Part shown: piece after piece, positions 11,051 through 24,895 of the stretch
Numbering within the stretch: the stretch's first letter is position 1
Layout of the letters: each line of letters opens with the position of its first letter
DNA from: Mobula hypostoma
Lineage: Eukaryota
Length of the DNA: 64,000 nt
NCBI RefSeq assembly: GCF_963921235.1
Contig: NC_086102.1
Coordinates: 136,958,001 to 137,022,000 of the forward strand
Direction of reading: 5' to 3'
The notes under the pieces: generated by a model
Database searches by the model: none
Told to the model about the DNA's origin: nothing
What the model saw: the letters and a program-made list of their open reading frames with translations, nothing else
Made by a program: the position numbers and the translations under genes

Positions 11051-13034
11051 CTTGTCCTGGAGTATGTCCACAATGCTTGGCAGAACAACAACAGAACACA
11101 ACAAGCAACAAATAACAATGGTAAAACCAAGCTCCATTCCTCCTTTCCTACCCAGGCACATACACAGTTTTCTCACCCCTGGAGGGACAACAGGCTTCAA
11201 GTTCCCCTGCGGACTTACAGAAGTTTGTACACTTGGCCTTGAGAAACAAACTTTGACTTCTGGACTTCTGATTCAACCTCGTGCCTTGATCGTTGGCATC
11301 AATCCCGCTGTTCACCAAACACCAGGTCTTGAAATCCCAGATCTCCAATAGTAGGACCCTGAATGCTAGGCCTCAGACTCCGGTCTTACTGATTCACAAA
11401 CCTGGGGCGGGGGGTGGTCAAGAAAACTTATTCCTATTGACAGCATGGAACTCTGATTCCAGAATCTCCTAACATCCTGCTGTCTTGCGGTGAATTCTCG
11501 TCCACTCTCTGTAAGTTCAACATTTGATATCTGACATCTGACCACAGATGTCCCACGTCCGTGTCACTTGTTTCAAACACATAGTGGAGATTTAGACTCC
11601 AGCCTGTTCTCTAATTCCCCCACATCCCTGTTCCCTAGCCATATCCTGATCCCTAAATGCCCTCTATGACCCAAAAACCATCGCTACAAACATAAAAAAA
11701 CAATTACAATTAAACAATTAAATATTTGAGAGACAGAGAGAGAAAGACCCTTCCTCAGAGCTGTTCCGATCAACTAGTCAAAAACCCAAAATATCAACTG
11801 TTTCTCCACAGATGCTGCCTGACGCACACATTTTTTCCCCAGCATTCTGTGTTTTCATTTCACACTCACCCTATTGGTGACATATTAAATCAATGGGCCT
11901 CATGACTTGCTCTTCATTCTGAGGAAATAACCTCCATTGCCCATAAGAAATTCTGAATTGTTCTGTTAAATTCCTAATAAACTAATCCTTCCCTGCACCA
12001 ATGGAAACTGTCTTGGTATCTCAAATTTCCGAACTGCAGTTTCTAGTCATTCCTAACAGGTATTAACTCCATCCTGTCCACACTTTGTGGGTTTAACTTC
12101 CTTTCTCCCACTCTGGTAGATTGATTCCTTGGTACCAGCAGAGCCAAACACAGGGTGTTACTGGAGCCAGTGACACGTGGCTAGCTCGATAGGTTTATTA
12201 CAGTTGAGATCATTCTTGGCGTCACTAATGTTGCGCTTACTTGGTCACCAACCAGTAGGCAATGTCAAGGGGAATGTTGGAGAGAAGGGCACAAACCTGA
12301 AACAACATCATTCAGCTCCACCATTCCCAAGGTACTGACGCAAGGGCATTTGGCTTGTGGTGTGCTGCAAGTCTCTAAGCACCGCCAAGCTTTTCCAGGC
12401 GTCATTCCAGTCGCCTTAACTCATTCATTTTCAGTGGGTGAAACGGAGAAAACAGGCAGTGTTTGGTTAATCTGGTCTGTCAACACATGCTGACAATTTC
12501 ACACAGTTGAGCATTTCTGAGCAGAGCTGGCCATTCAGGTGATCTCCTGTGCTGTGTGTGGGTGTACCTGTTCACTCGTGCACTGGGAGCAGTAGGCACC
12601 CGTTGGCAACATCCAAGGTGGTTTCGTGGGTGGCCTCTGACTGACTGCTTCTCTGTCTGCTGGCCAAGTTTGTGTGGGACACATTCCCCAGATCACTCCT
12701 AAGGCTCCTCATCACAGTTTGCTAATATATTAATTACCAATCGTGCAGATAAACTTCTGGCAAGGAATATGAATAATCCAGCATCCAGAAATTAAAGCAT
12801 TCACACTGTGACAGACAAAACAAGATGTTGACAACAAGATGTTGCAAAGCCCCAGTGTGATCTGTGAGAAAGTTATATCAGAACGTGTTGTTTTGTTCAA
12901 CTTACCTTGTATCAAGGTTAGCAATAGTTCAGTAAATACCTGACATGCTCATGACCTGGTGTTCAGATTTACGCCACTGTTAATGAAAAGAGGATTGAAT
13001 AATAGGTTCTTGGGACAGTTTTTTAGATTATGAG

Positions 13035-13705
13035 AACACTCAGTCCTCTTTTATTGTCATTTAGAAATGCATACATGCATTAAGAAATGATACAATGTTT
13101 CTCCGGAGTGATATCGCAGAAAACAGGACAGATCAAAGACTAACAATAACAGAACCACATAATTATAACATATAGTTACAGCAGTGCAAAGCAATATCAT
13201 AATTTGATGAAGAACAGACCATGGGCACAGTAAACAAAAAGTCTCAAAGTCCCGAGTCAATCGACTCCTGAGTCCCCGATAGCAGCGGCAAAAGGGAGAA
13301 ACTTCCTGCCATAAACCTCCAGGCACCGTCAACTTGCCGATACCTTGGAAGCAGCTGACCACAGCTGACACTGAGTTCATCCGTCCGAAAACTTCGAGCC
13401 TCTGACCAGCCTCTCCGATACAGCCTCCCGAGCACCATCCTCTGCCGAGCGCCTTCGACCTCTCCCCGGCCGCTGAAACACGCAAAGCCGAGGATTTCGG
13501 GGCCTTCAGCTCCGGAGATTCCGGTTACCACACAGTAGCAGCAGCAGCGAAGTGGGCATTTCAGAAGTTTTCCAAATGTTCCTCTGTGTTCTCACGTCTG
13601 TCCCCATCAAATCAGAATTGTGCACGGTCCCCACTTGACAGGTAACAGGTATTCATCACTGAAGTGGCCGCGTGCACTGCCGTCACGCTGCCATCTTCTC
13701 CCCCC
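13035..13705 (-). repeat. Unclassified GC-rich interspersed repeat
   Basis: CpG-rich block interrupting the unit flank and absent at the homologous position in unit B (~39150); family not identified. Confidence 0.45.
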
Positions 13706-14159
13706 TCCCGGGAGGTTTAGACCATGATCATAGATTGCTCCTCACTGTGTTGTGAAGAACGTCCATTTACTCAAACCTCTATATGCATTGAACTCATGTT
13801 ATTGCAGCATTAAAGCAGAGGATTGTCAGAATAAAAGATCAGCCCTATTACAAAGCTTTCTCTGCAGCTTGTTCCTGATAACTGTAACCGTTTAGCTCTC
13901 TAAGCATGGGTGCTTCACCCAGGGCTATGTTTTAAACTGGGATTTGATGACAGTGGTACTGAAACCTGTGGTCAGGCTTCCTGGCTCCTGGGCTGCACGC
14001 TGGCCCCAGAGTTCGAATGGGAGGGGAAGTAGAGAGTGAAAATGAGAACATCAAAACAAATAGTGGAGGTAAATAGGTCAAGAAAAGGATGACTGCCAGG
14101 GGAATGAGGTGTCAACATCTGCACAAAAATAGCAATCATATTTTGAACAAGAATTAAAG

Positions 14160-17140
14160 TTCAAAGTTCAAAATAAATTTATTATTGAAGTACATATTTG
14201 TCACCTTATACAACTCTGAGATTTGTTTTTATTGTGGGCATACACAGTAAATCCAAGAAACATAATAGAATTGATGAAAAACCACACCCAACAGGACAGA
14301 AAAATCAATATGCAAAAGACAACAAAGGAAGCAAATTAAAAAGAAAAAAAGAAATAAAAATAATAAGTAAATAAGCAAGAAATATTGAGAATGAGAAGAA
14401 GAGTCCTTGAAAGTGAGCCAATAGATTGTGGAAACAGTTCAGTGTTGGTGTGAATGAAATTGATCACAGTTGACTTAAGTTATCCCCACTGGTTCAAAAG
14501 CCTGATGGTTGAAAAGTAATAACTATTTCTGGACCTGTTGATGTGAGTTGGTGTGTGGCTTCTGTATCTACTTCCAGATGGCAGAATCAGGATGAGAGCA
14601 TGGCCTGGATGGTGGGAGTCTTGTGATGTTGGATGCTGCTTTCCTGCGACATCACTTCACATAAGTATGCTTTGTACTCAATGGTTCTGAGGGCTTTACC
14701 CCTGATGGACTGAGCCATCTCCACTACTTTTTGTAGGATTTTCCATTCAAGGGCATTGGTGTTCCCATACCAGGCCATTATGTAACTGGCCAATATACTC
14801 TCCACCACATATCTATAGAACTTTGTCAAAATTGTAGATGTCATGCCAAATCTTCGCAAGCTCCTAAGTAGATGCAACTCTGTGTCGTGCTTTCTTTCAT
14901 AGTTGCACTAATGCGCTGGGCACCAGGACAGATGTTCCAAAATGATAACACTAATGAATTTAAAGTTGCTGACCTCCTCCATCTCTGATCCGTTGATGAG
15001 GACAGGCTCATGGGCCTCTGGTTTCCTCCTCCTACAGTCAATCATCAGCTCTTTGGTTTTGCTGACATTGAGTGAGAGGTTATTATTGTGGCACCACTCA
15101 GCCGGATTTTCAATTTCCCTCCCATATGCTGATTTATCACCACCTTTGATTCAGTCAATGACAGTGGTGTAATCAACAGACTTAAATATAGTGTTGGAGT
15201 TGTGCTTAGCCTCAGAATCATGAGTATAAAGCAAGTAGAGCAGGGGGCTAAGCACAAGACCTTGTGGAGCACCTGTGCTGTTGGAGGCTGTGGAGGAGAT
15301 ACTACCAGTCTGAAACGTCTGAGATCCATTTGCACAAGGAGATATTGAGGCCAAGGTCTTGAAGCTTATTGTTAGTTTTGAAGGGGTGATAGTATTGAAA
15401 GCCAAGTTGTAGTCAATGAAGAGCATCCTGATGAATGCATCTTTGCTGTCCAGGTGTTCAATAGTATTGAGTGAAGAGACAGTGAAATGACACCTGTTGT
15501 GCTGGTAGGCAAATTGGAGTGGATTCATGTCGCTTTTCAGACAGGAGTTGATATGTCTCATCACTAACCTCTCAAAGCACTTCATCATTGTGGATGTAAG
15601 TATCACTGGACAATAGTAATTGACGCGGGTTACCATGTTCTTCTAGGGCACCAGTATAATTGAAGCAAGTGGGACCCTCTGACTGCCAAAGTGAGAAGTT
15701 AAAGATATTGGTGAACGTGCCAGCCAATTGATCAGCACAGGTCTTTATTACTCAGCCAGGTACTAAACTGGGCCGGATGCTTTCCAAGGGTTCAGCCTCC
15801 CCTCACATCGGGAAGTAAGGGAAGGATAGCCAAGTAATCAGATTTCCCAAAGTGCGGACTGGGCATGAAACAGTAAGGTTTCCTTGGTGTAGTATAGCAG
15901 TGGTGTACTGTGTTGGGACCCCTGGTGCTAGAGGTTACATGCTAATTGTAGTTGGGCAGAGATTTCTTCGAAGAAGCTTGACTGATGTCCTTGACTATGA
16001 TTTGAAATGTGTTGGTGTGGGCTGTTTCATGTTTGGTAATGGCAGCATTCAACATCTTGAGTGCCTGATTCCCGTCAGCTTTTGGCCATATGTAAACAGG
16101 TCAGGATCATGGAGGAGAACTCCCTGGTAAGTGAAATGATTGGCACTTAATTGTTAGATGTTCCAGGTCAGGAGAACAATAGTGCCACAAGACCATTGTG
16201 TCCGAGCACTACAAGGAGTTTATCATGAAACACAGACCCCCACTTTTTCAAAGTTGCTGGTGAACGCAGGAGGCCAGGCAGCATCTCTAGGAAGAGGTAG
16301 AGTCGACGCTTCGGGCCGAGACAGTTAGTCCTGATGAAGGGTCTCGGCTCAAAACTTGGACTGTACCTCTTCCCAGAGATGCTGCCTGGCCTGCTGCGTT
16401 CACCAGCAACTTTGACGTGTGTTGCTTGAATTTCCAGCATCTGTAGATTTCGTAGTGTTTGCCCCCACTTTTTGCCTTCTCTAAATCACATGGCTCATCC
16501 AGGGTTTCTGGTTGGGAAACACTGAATGACTTTGTGGGGTCATACTTGTCCACAGCTGTTTTTATGAAGTCCTTAACAACCATGCCATCTTCATTCAGAT
16601 CCTCCAAATCCTTGAACACAGCACAGTAGACCAACTCGAAGCAATCCTGTAATTGTTTTCTGCCTCCTGCAAACACCTCTCAGGTGTTTTTATGTTTGTA
16701 GCTTTGCCGTTATGCAGGCCGGAGGAGGATAACCAAATGATCATATTTCCCAAAATGCAGTCTAGGCATGGAACGGTAGGCACTCCTAATGGTAGTATAG
16801 CAGTGGCCGAGTGTGTTGGGACCCCTGGTACTGCAGGTTATATATTGATGATAATTGGGCAAAGATTTCTTGAAACAAGCCTGAGTTCCCTGAGAATGAT
16901 TTGAAAGGTGTCAGGGTAAGCTGTTTCTTGTTTGCAAATGGTAGCACTCAATATATCGAGTGCCTGTTTAATGTTAGCCTTTGGCGGTATGTAAACTGCG
17001 GTCAAGCTCATGGAGGAGAACTCTCTTGGTAGATAGAATGGTCAGCACTTAATCATTAGATGTTCCAGGTCTAGGGGAAATGAATATGACAAAATCACCA
17101 CATCCGAGCACCGCAGTCAGTTTACCATGAGACACCATCT
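14160..17140 (-). mobile_element. Rearranged Rex/Babar-like LINE (RT plus APE remnants)
   Basis: ORF 15151-15636 (MKCFERLV, PLQFAY, RMLFIDY, GAPQG.VLSPLLY); two TRGPNT-type endonuclease remnants at ~15840-16230 and ~16750-17140. Confidence 0.75.
16245..16452. repeat. Inverted pair of Penelope-type terminal repeats with degenerate hammerhead
   Basis: gatgctgcctggcctgctgcgttcaccagcaac in both orientations around agtcctgatgaagggtctcggctcaaaac. Confidence 0.7.
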
Positions 17141-17248
17141 TTTTCCTAATCTGAATCCACAGTTTGGTCCATTCTGTGTGTTGAGAAGCCTTCAGTTTTA
17201 ATTGCCAAATCTAGCATGGTCAGAGTGAGCCATGTCTCCATGAAACAC

Positions 17249-19882
17249 TGTCTGTCTGTCTAGGTACCATATCCGATGCGGACTTTGGTGACCATGGTTT
17301 TCCATATAGATCTATCCTTCGTTTTTTGGATGACTTCCATTTCCTCGATGTGTAGACACCTGGCTATGCTTTTGATGTACATAAGCCGAGGTCTTCCTCT
17401 AGGTTTGCTCCCCTCAATCTTTCCAGAGAGTATGAGTTTTTCTAGTTCATCTTTCCGCATGATGTGTCCTAGGAACCTGAGTTGTCTTTCTCTTATTGTT
17501 GGTATGAATGATCGAACTGCTTAGGCTCTTCTGAGAACTCCTTCATTTGATGTGTGTGTGTGGTCCATGATATTTTTAACATTCTCCTGTAGAACCATAA
17601 TTCAGCTGCTTCTCGTCTCTTTTCCATTTCTGGAGAAATGGTCCAGCATTCACTTCCATAAGTCAGGATAGAATGAATGTAGAACTGCAGTATTCTGTTT
17701 TTAGTGTACGTGCTCATCTTTCTGTCTGTTAATATGGTCTTCATTTTTTGGAAAGCTTCTTTCGCCATTGCTATTCTGTATTTGATATCTGTGTCGCACC
17801 TGCCATCACTTGTTATTAGGCTGCCGAGATATTTGAATTTGTTGACTTGTTTGATGTTTGTATTTCCGATCTTGATCACACATTGTGGGATGTTTGTCTT
17901 TCTGGAGATGACCATGCTTTCTGTCTTCTTGGTGTTGATTGAGAGGCCTCTGCGATTACTTTCTGCTGCCACTATAGTAGCAGTTCTTGAAGTTTTGTTT
18001 CTGAGTCAGCTACTAGTACGATGTCATCAGCATATCTGATGTTATTTATATTATGGCCTCCAATTGTGAATCCTTTGTCTTTGATACTTCTCAAGATATT
18101 TTCACTATACAAGTTGAATAAATCTGGCGAAAAGACACAACCTTGCCTGACTCCTGCAATGATATTCACATACTCACTCACTTCTCCTTCTATTCTGATG
18201 GATGCTGTCTGGTCCCAGTATACGTTTCTTAAGAAACGTATATCTTTCCCATCTATGTCAAGATCTTGAAGCAATTCCAGAAGATCTTGCTGTCTGACAG
18301 TGTCAAAAGCTTTTGTATAGTCAGTGAAACACAGGTAGATGTCCTTTTGTACCTGGTTGTCTCGTTCACAGATCATCCGTAGCATGAAAATTGCATTTCT
18401 GGTTCCAGTGGTTTCCACAAAGCTGCATTGTTCTTTACTGATTTCTGGTTTTACGCAGTGTCTTGCTCTCATCATGGTTACTCTGAGAATAATTTTTGCC
18501 ACGTGGCTCATCAGGCTTATTGTATGATGTAACTCACATTCTGTTGCTCCCTCTTTCTTTGGAAGTGTGATGAACACTGATTTACTTAAATCATCAGGTA
18601 TCTCCCCACGATCATAGATTTCATTTGCTATTTCTGTCGTTTTCTCTATTCCAAAATCTTCTAAGGCCAGTATCATTTCAACAGCGATGTTGTCTGGACC
18701 AGTTGCTCCGTTATGTTTTGTTTTATTTACGGCTGCTCAAATTTCTGATTTTATAATGCTAGGTCCTTCAAGATTCATCTTTGCGTTCGGCTTTTTTCCT
18801 CTTTGATCTTCAAAAAGGTTCTTTTATATATTCTGTCCATCTGTGTAGGATTTCCCTTTTGTTCGTAATTAAGCTGCCATCTTTTGCCTTGATGCATCCA
18901 CTTACTGAGCAAGGTAATTTCCCCGTTAGTTCTTTAATCTTATTGTGCATCAACTTTGTTCCAGGGTTATGGGTTTGTAGCATTTCTATCTCTGAGCATT
19001 TCTCAATTTGCCATCTGTCTTCAGCTTCTCTGCATTTTCTTTTTATTGTCTTATCAAGTTGTTTGTATTCTTAGCTGTCTCTTAATTTGACGGTCTTTTT
19101 TTGTTGCATCAATTGTATTATATCTTCAGTTATCCATTTATTCTTACTTTTCTGTTCTTTTTGTGGGATGGTTTCTTTTGCAGCTACAACCATGGATTCC
19201 TTCAGTATGTTCCAGGAAGATTTGCCTCCTTCATCCTGCAGCAATCGGAAATGGTTTTTCACCTTGATTGTGTATTCTGTTTTCAGATGAAGGTTGTTTT
19301 GTAGTTGTTGATAATCCAGTGGTTCTGATCTTTTGGTTTCTTTAATTTTCTCATCTTTATTTTCATTTTGCAAATGACTGGTATGTAGTCGTTTCCACGG
19401 TCTGCTCCAGGGTAGCTTTTAGATTGAGTTATCGAGTTTTTGAATCTGTTATTGCTTGTTATGTAGTCGATTTGATTTTTGTTGTTCCCATCTGGGCTTT
19501 TCCATGTCCATTTCCTTTTTGGATGTTGTTTAAAACAAGTGTTGGTGATTATCTGATTGTTTGTTTTATACCATGATATAAGCTTTTCTCCTCTTTCATT
19601 TCTTTCTCCCAGTCCCTGGTCTCCAACAATATGGTCTTCTCTTCCCTCACCAACTTTTGCATTGAAGTCACCCATGACTATGATGGCTTCTTGTGATTTG
19701 CATTCTTCTAGTGCTTTGTCTAGGGAGTGGTAGAAGGCATCAGTTTCTTCCTCTGAGCTTCCCATTGTGGGTGCATATCCTTGGGTGATAGAGATGTTGT
19801 TTTGTTGTCCTTTTAGTTTGATTAGCATCATTCTGTCTGAGATATGCCAGTATCCTAGCAGGTTCTTGGATGTTTCTTTGTT
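17249..19882 (-). mobile_element. RTE-clade LINE, 5'-truncated, frameshifted
   Basis: APE (GYAPT, IIVMGDFNAKVG, NQIDYI) and RT (DYTKAFD, GVRQGCVFSP, IRYADD) in ORFs 19283-19924, 17972-18676, 17493-17972; GACA-repeat tail; 12-bp TSD tccatgaaacac at 17237-17248 and 19883-19894. Confidence 0.9.
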
Positions 19883-22616
19883 TCCATGAAACACAGAACA
19901 CTGTAATTCCTCATTTCCCTCCAATACTGCAATCTTGCCCTTAGGTCCTCAGTCTTGTTTTCCAGTGACTGGTTAACAAGATGCTGGGTAGAGGGGGGTT
20001 ACAATCTTTGCTTTTCAGCCTGGCTTGGAGTCCATCTCTCCTCCTTCTCTTCCAGCCAGCATTTACCCTCATCGGTGTAAAGCTGCCATACCTGCACACT
20101 TGTGAGTTAAGTTGCTGAGTCCTTCAGAAGATCGTGAAACTGCTAGTTCATTAAGATAGTTCAAAAGTATGTTGCTTAAAGGAAAATTTCATAAAGCCTT
20201 AAGTTGCTCCATCAGTTTCAGTCTTCAGAGCAAGGCATCTCCAGTTGCAGTAACATTTGAAAAATTGCTGTTGATTGGCTTCCATGATGGCAAACTTCCC
20301 CCATGTTTTTATATCTTCATAAAATGAGCTGTTTCTCTCCTCAATCATATTACTGCATTGTTTTAATTGTCCGTGAACCCCATTAAGATTGTTCATCCAT
20401 TTTCTATATCCAGAATAGCACAAGACATCTTTTCTGTATTGAGAGGTACATGAGCAGCTTTTCCTGGACTTGCAAAAGCACTGCTTTCCAGGCAAACATC
20501 CTGTTCAATGAAACTTCGTCCTGGAAAGGCTGGGTGAAATGGGTTGCGGGCAATTTGATGCAAAATATTCCTGTTACCTCAGTCCGTTTTCATGAAAGAT
20601 ACTTTGGTATGCCTGTTTCCCTACCCTGTTTATGGATGTTTGGCCAGTGTTTACTTCTCTGCACCACACACCTGTAATTTACATTGGGCAGTTAACCTGT
20701 GAGTCTTTGGGACATGGGAGAAATCTGGAGGACCTGGAGGGAAACCTATGCCACCACAACAAGCAGACTCCACACAGGCTCCCTGAAAATCGGGATCAAA
20801 ATGCAATCTCTATCAGGGTGAGGTAGTAGTTCTACCTGTTGTGCCACTCTGCTGCCCAAAGCGATAAGACTACAGAATTATAACTGAGCATAAATTAAAT
20901 TTGTTCGCTGTTCCCATAATGAGATTCTGGCCTTCCAGGTATATTATTGTCTTTACTTATGTGTCTCTCTCATGTTTAGCCCTGAAAATTAAAAGCAACT
21001 TTGAATTCAGTAAATCTAAGTTCAGACACAGAATATTGTGGCTTTGTCCATTCTGAGTAGAAACTTTCACTTCTTGATATATATCTTACTTAGAGGCCCA
21101 AACCGTTTCATAGTTAAAATCTGGCTGGAAATCTGAGAGTAGTGCTAGGAATGGATTTGGATCTGTTTGGTGATAAGGCACCAGTGAAGTCCCATACTGC
21201 TAGGTTCATTGCTCTTTACAGGAACACACAGCTTCTTGTAAATTGAGGAATTCCTGTAGTCACTTCAGGTCAGCCATGGAGGGATTTGAACACAGGTCAC
21301 TGGATTAACGTTCTAGCATTCTGGATAGCAGAAGAGGAACTTAATCAGAGTGCTAAACACACCCAACATATTGTTCTCATTTGAGACTTTGGGCAGAACT
21401 CACTTGTTGTGGGTTTTTGAGGATGTGGAAATGGTGCAGAGGTTACCAGACCACTGCCCGGTTTATAGAATCTGGGCTGTCAAGGTAGGCTGAAAAAGCA
21501 GGTACATGCTACATTAGAAAAGTGTAGAAAAACTGATTTCCACTGGGTTCCCGCTGAGTTCCTCCAGTGGATTGTCTGTTGCCTTACTGACCACAGGAGC
21601 TGGGTCTGAGTAATAGTTTTGATCGAGCCCAATCTGGCCCACTTTCTGTTACATTGTGAAATACATAAGTCACAACAGCAGCTTTCAGAGTTCGCATACA
21701 TGCCCTCAAAAGTAGAAACATGAAGTTCCCAGCCAAAGTTCCACATCAACCCCATATACTGTAACTATGTGTTCCTCAGTTCACTTGGCTTTGATATCAA
21801 TGTAAGGACAGGAAGTCAAACAGCAGCAACCATCAATCTCCCACTTACTCTACACCTGCACTGCCCCTATTGCCTTCCCTTCATCAATTCCTCCAGTCTC
21901 CTCCGCTCACCTACGTATGAGGGGCATATACAGTAGTACATTACCACTGCACCTGTTGACCTGTATGTCCTTGAGATGCAAGAAGAAACCCATACCAAGA
22001 AACCCACAAGGAGAACTTGTAAACTCCATCTAAGCAGCACTGAAAGTCGGGATCAAAGCCGGGTCCCTGGGGATGTGAGACAGAACTTCAACACTGACAC
22101 TGTTGGATATTTACCCACGGAACAAGGGAGAAAATATTTGAGCTGCTGTAAAGAGGCAGATGTTCATTTCAATAATATCTCCTTCCTATTAAAGTCTAAA
22201 CAAGCTCATGAGCCCCAAAGTCAAATTCCTTCAAAATATAATTATTGATATTAAACAAAACTTTAAAAAATGCTAAAGGCAGATTTTATCAACCAAAGAC
22301 TCTATCCTTCCTACAGTTGAAATAAGCAGTCCAAGATGCAGAGTAACTCATCCGCTGTCTGACCTTAAGTTTAAAGCAGCAAATTGCCCAACATGTTAGG
22401 AGATTTCAGCAGACAAAGAAGATACACCACCGGGTGATTACTCATCTGAACAACCCACCAGACAAAGCAGATAAGCAATTAGTCAGATACAGGCTGACCT
22501 AAACATAATAACTGGATAAACGACCGGAGATCAATGACATGCAAAATAACTTCTAGAAGCAAATCTGTGAATATCTATAATTTTTTTATTTTGATCCACA
22601 ATGTATTACAAAATAA

Positions 22617-24895
22617 GACCATAAGACCATAAGAAATAGGACAGAATTAGGCCATTTGGCCCATCCAGTCTGCTCTGCCATTTCATCATGGCTGATCCAA
22701 TTTTTCTCTCAGCCCCAATCTCCTGCTTTCTCCTTGTATCCCTTCATGTCTTGACCAATCAAGAATCTATTAATCTCCACCTTAAATATACATAAAGACT
22801 TGATTTCCACAGCTGCCCATGGCGAAGAATTCCACAGATTCACCATTCTCTGGCTGAAAAAAAAATCCTCCTCATCTTCATTCTAAAAGGACTCCCTTTT
22901 ATTCTGAGGCTGTGTCCTTTGGCCTTAGACTCAACCCACTATAGGAAACATTCTCTCCACAGCCACTCTATCAAGGCCTTTCACCATTCAATTGGTTTCA
23001 AGGAGGTCAACTGTCATTCTTCTGAATTCCAGTGAATACAGGACCAGAGCCATCAAATGCTCTTCATATGACAAGCCATTCAATCCTGGAATCATTTTTG
23101 TGAACCTCCTTTGAGCCCTCTCCAGTTTCAGGACATCCTTTCTAAGCTAAGGGGCTCAAACATGCTCACAAGCCTCCAAATGTGGCTTCACAAGTGTTTT
23201 ATAAAGTTTCAACATTACATCCTTGCTTTTATATTCTAATCCTCTAAAAATAAATATTAACATTGCATTTTCCTTCCTCACCACAGACTCAACCTACAAA
23301 TTAACCTTTAGGGAATCCTGCACAAGGATTCCTAAGTTCCCTTGCCCCTCATTTTTTTTTTGAATTTTCTGTCCATTTAGAAAATAGTCAATCCTTTCAT
23401 TTCTTCTATCAAAGTGCATGACTATATACTTTCCGACATTATTCCATCTGCATTTATTTGTCCATTTCCTTAATCTGTCTAAGCCCTTCTGTAACATCTT
23501 TACTTCCTCAGAACTTCCTGCCCCTCCACCTATCTTCAGATCATCTGCAAACTTTGCAACAAAGCCATCAATTGCATCATCCAAGCCATTGACATATGTA
23601 TCTCTCGCTTTGGCTAGCAGCTTAATATAGGGGATGATAGCCTCCAGCCTGGCCAAATTTAAGAAATCTCGTTTGGGTGGATGCTGCGTGATGTGTCCCC
23701 TGTTACAAATCAGTACCCCAAAATAACAAACAGTACACAATATGCGATTAAATGATTAAGTTTTATAATTCTTACTTTGACTATATGGTTAGTAAAGAAA
23801 CGAAAAAAAGAAAAAAAGGGCCCAATCTTATTAAACAGTCTGTTGCGCAACGTTGGAGCTCACTGATAAGTCAATCATCTACCCTCGACCTCCTCCGATT
23901 GTCGCTGCCCTTCGGACCCTCTCTCCAAGTCCACCCTGTCTGGCAGTCTAGCAACTCTCTCCATTCGTGTCTTCTCTCCTCATCCCTCCCCGTCAAAAGA
24001 CCGCGAAAATCTCTCTTCCAGCTCACAAGAAAGAACAACAGCATTTCAAACCCCATTATCTCTAGTCATAACCCAAACATTGCTGCTACAATGAAACCAT
24101 TACATTATCAGCGAAACCTTACAGCATGGTACACTGCAGTGAATTCCTACAGCATGTTACACATATAACATAAAAAGAATCGGTCCCAACACAGATCCCA
24201 GTGGAACACCATTAGTCACAGGCAGCCAGTCTGAAAAGGCTCCCATTGTTCCCATTCTTTACCTCCTGCCAATCAGTCACTGCTTTGTCCATACTAGAAT
24301 CTTTCCCATAATACAAGCTCAACAAGCTTGTAGCTTGTTGAGCTGCCTCATGTGTGGCACCTTGTCAAAAGCCTTCTGAAAATCCTAGTACACTACGTCA
24401 ACTGATTTTTCTTTGTCTATCCTGCTTGTTACTTTTTCAAAAAATTCTAATAGAATTCTCAGGCAAGATTTTTCCTTGAGGAAAGCATGCTGACTTCAGC
24501 CTATTTTATCATGTGCCTCCAAGTACCCTGAGGCCTCATTCTTAATAATCAACTCCAACATCTTCCAAACCACTGAAATCAGACTAACTGGCCTATAGTT
24601 TCCTTTCTTCTGCCTCTCTCCTTTCTTGAAGAGTGGAATGACATTTGCAATTTTCCCGTCTTCTGGAACCATTCCAGAATCTAGTAATACCCTAAAGATC
24701 ATTATTAATGCCTCCACAATCTCATCAGCCACCTCTTGCAGAACCCTGGGGTGTACACCATCTGGTCCAGGTGACTTATCTATCTTCAGACCTTTCAGTT
24801 TCCCAAGAACCTTCTCTCTAGTTATGATAACTTCACACACTTCATGCCCACTGACACATGGAACTTCTATAATACTGCCGGTGTCTTCCATCATG
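22617..24895 (-). mobile_element. CR1 LINE ORF2 fragment inserted in the remnant 3'UTR
   Basis: ORFs 24496-24924 (KSPGPDGVHPRVL, GNYRPVSL) and 23294-23740 (KFADD); cataag-repeat tail. Confidence 0.88.
23597..24161. mobile_element. Solo LTR nested in CR1
   Basis: TG...CA ends, perfect 4-bp TSD CATA; CR1 sequence resumes across it; homologous to 42049-42633. Confidence 0.8.
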
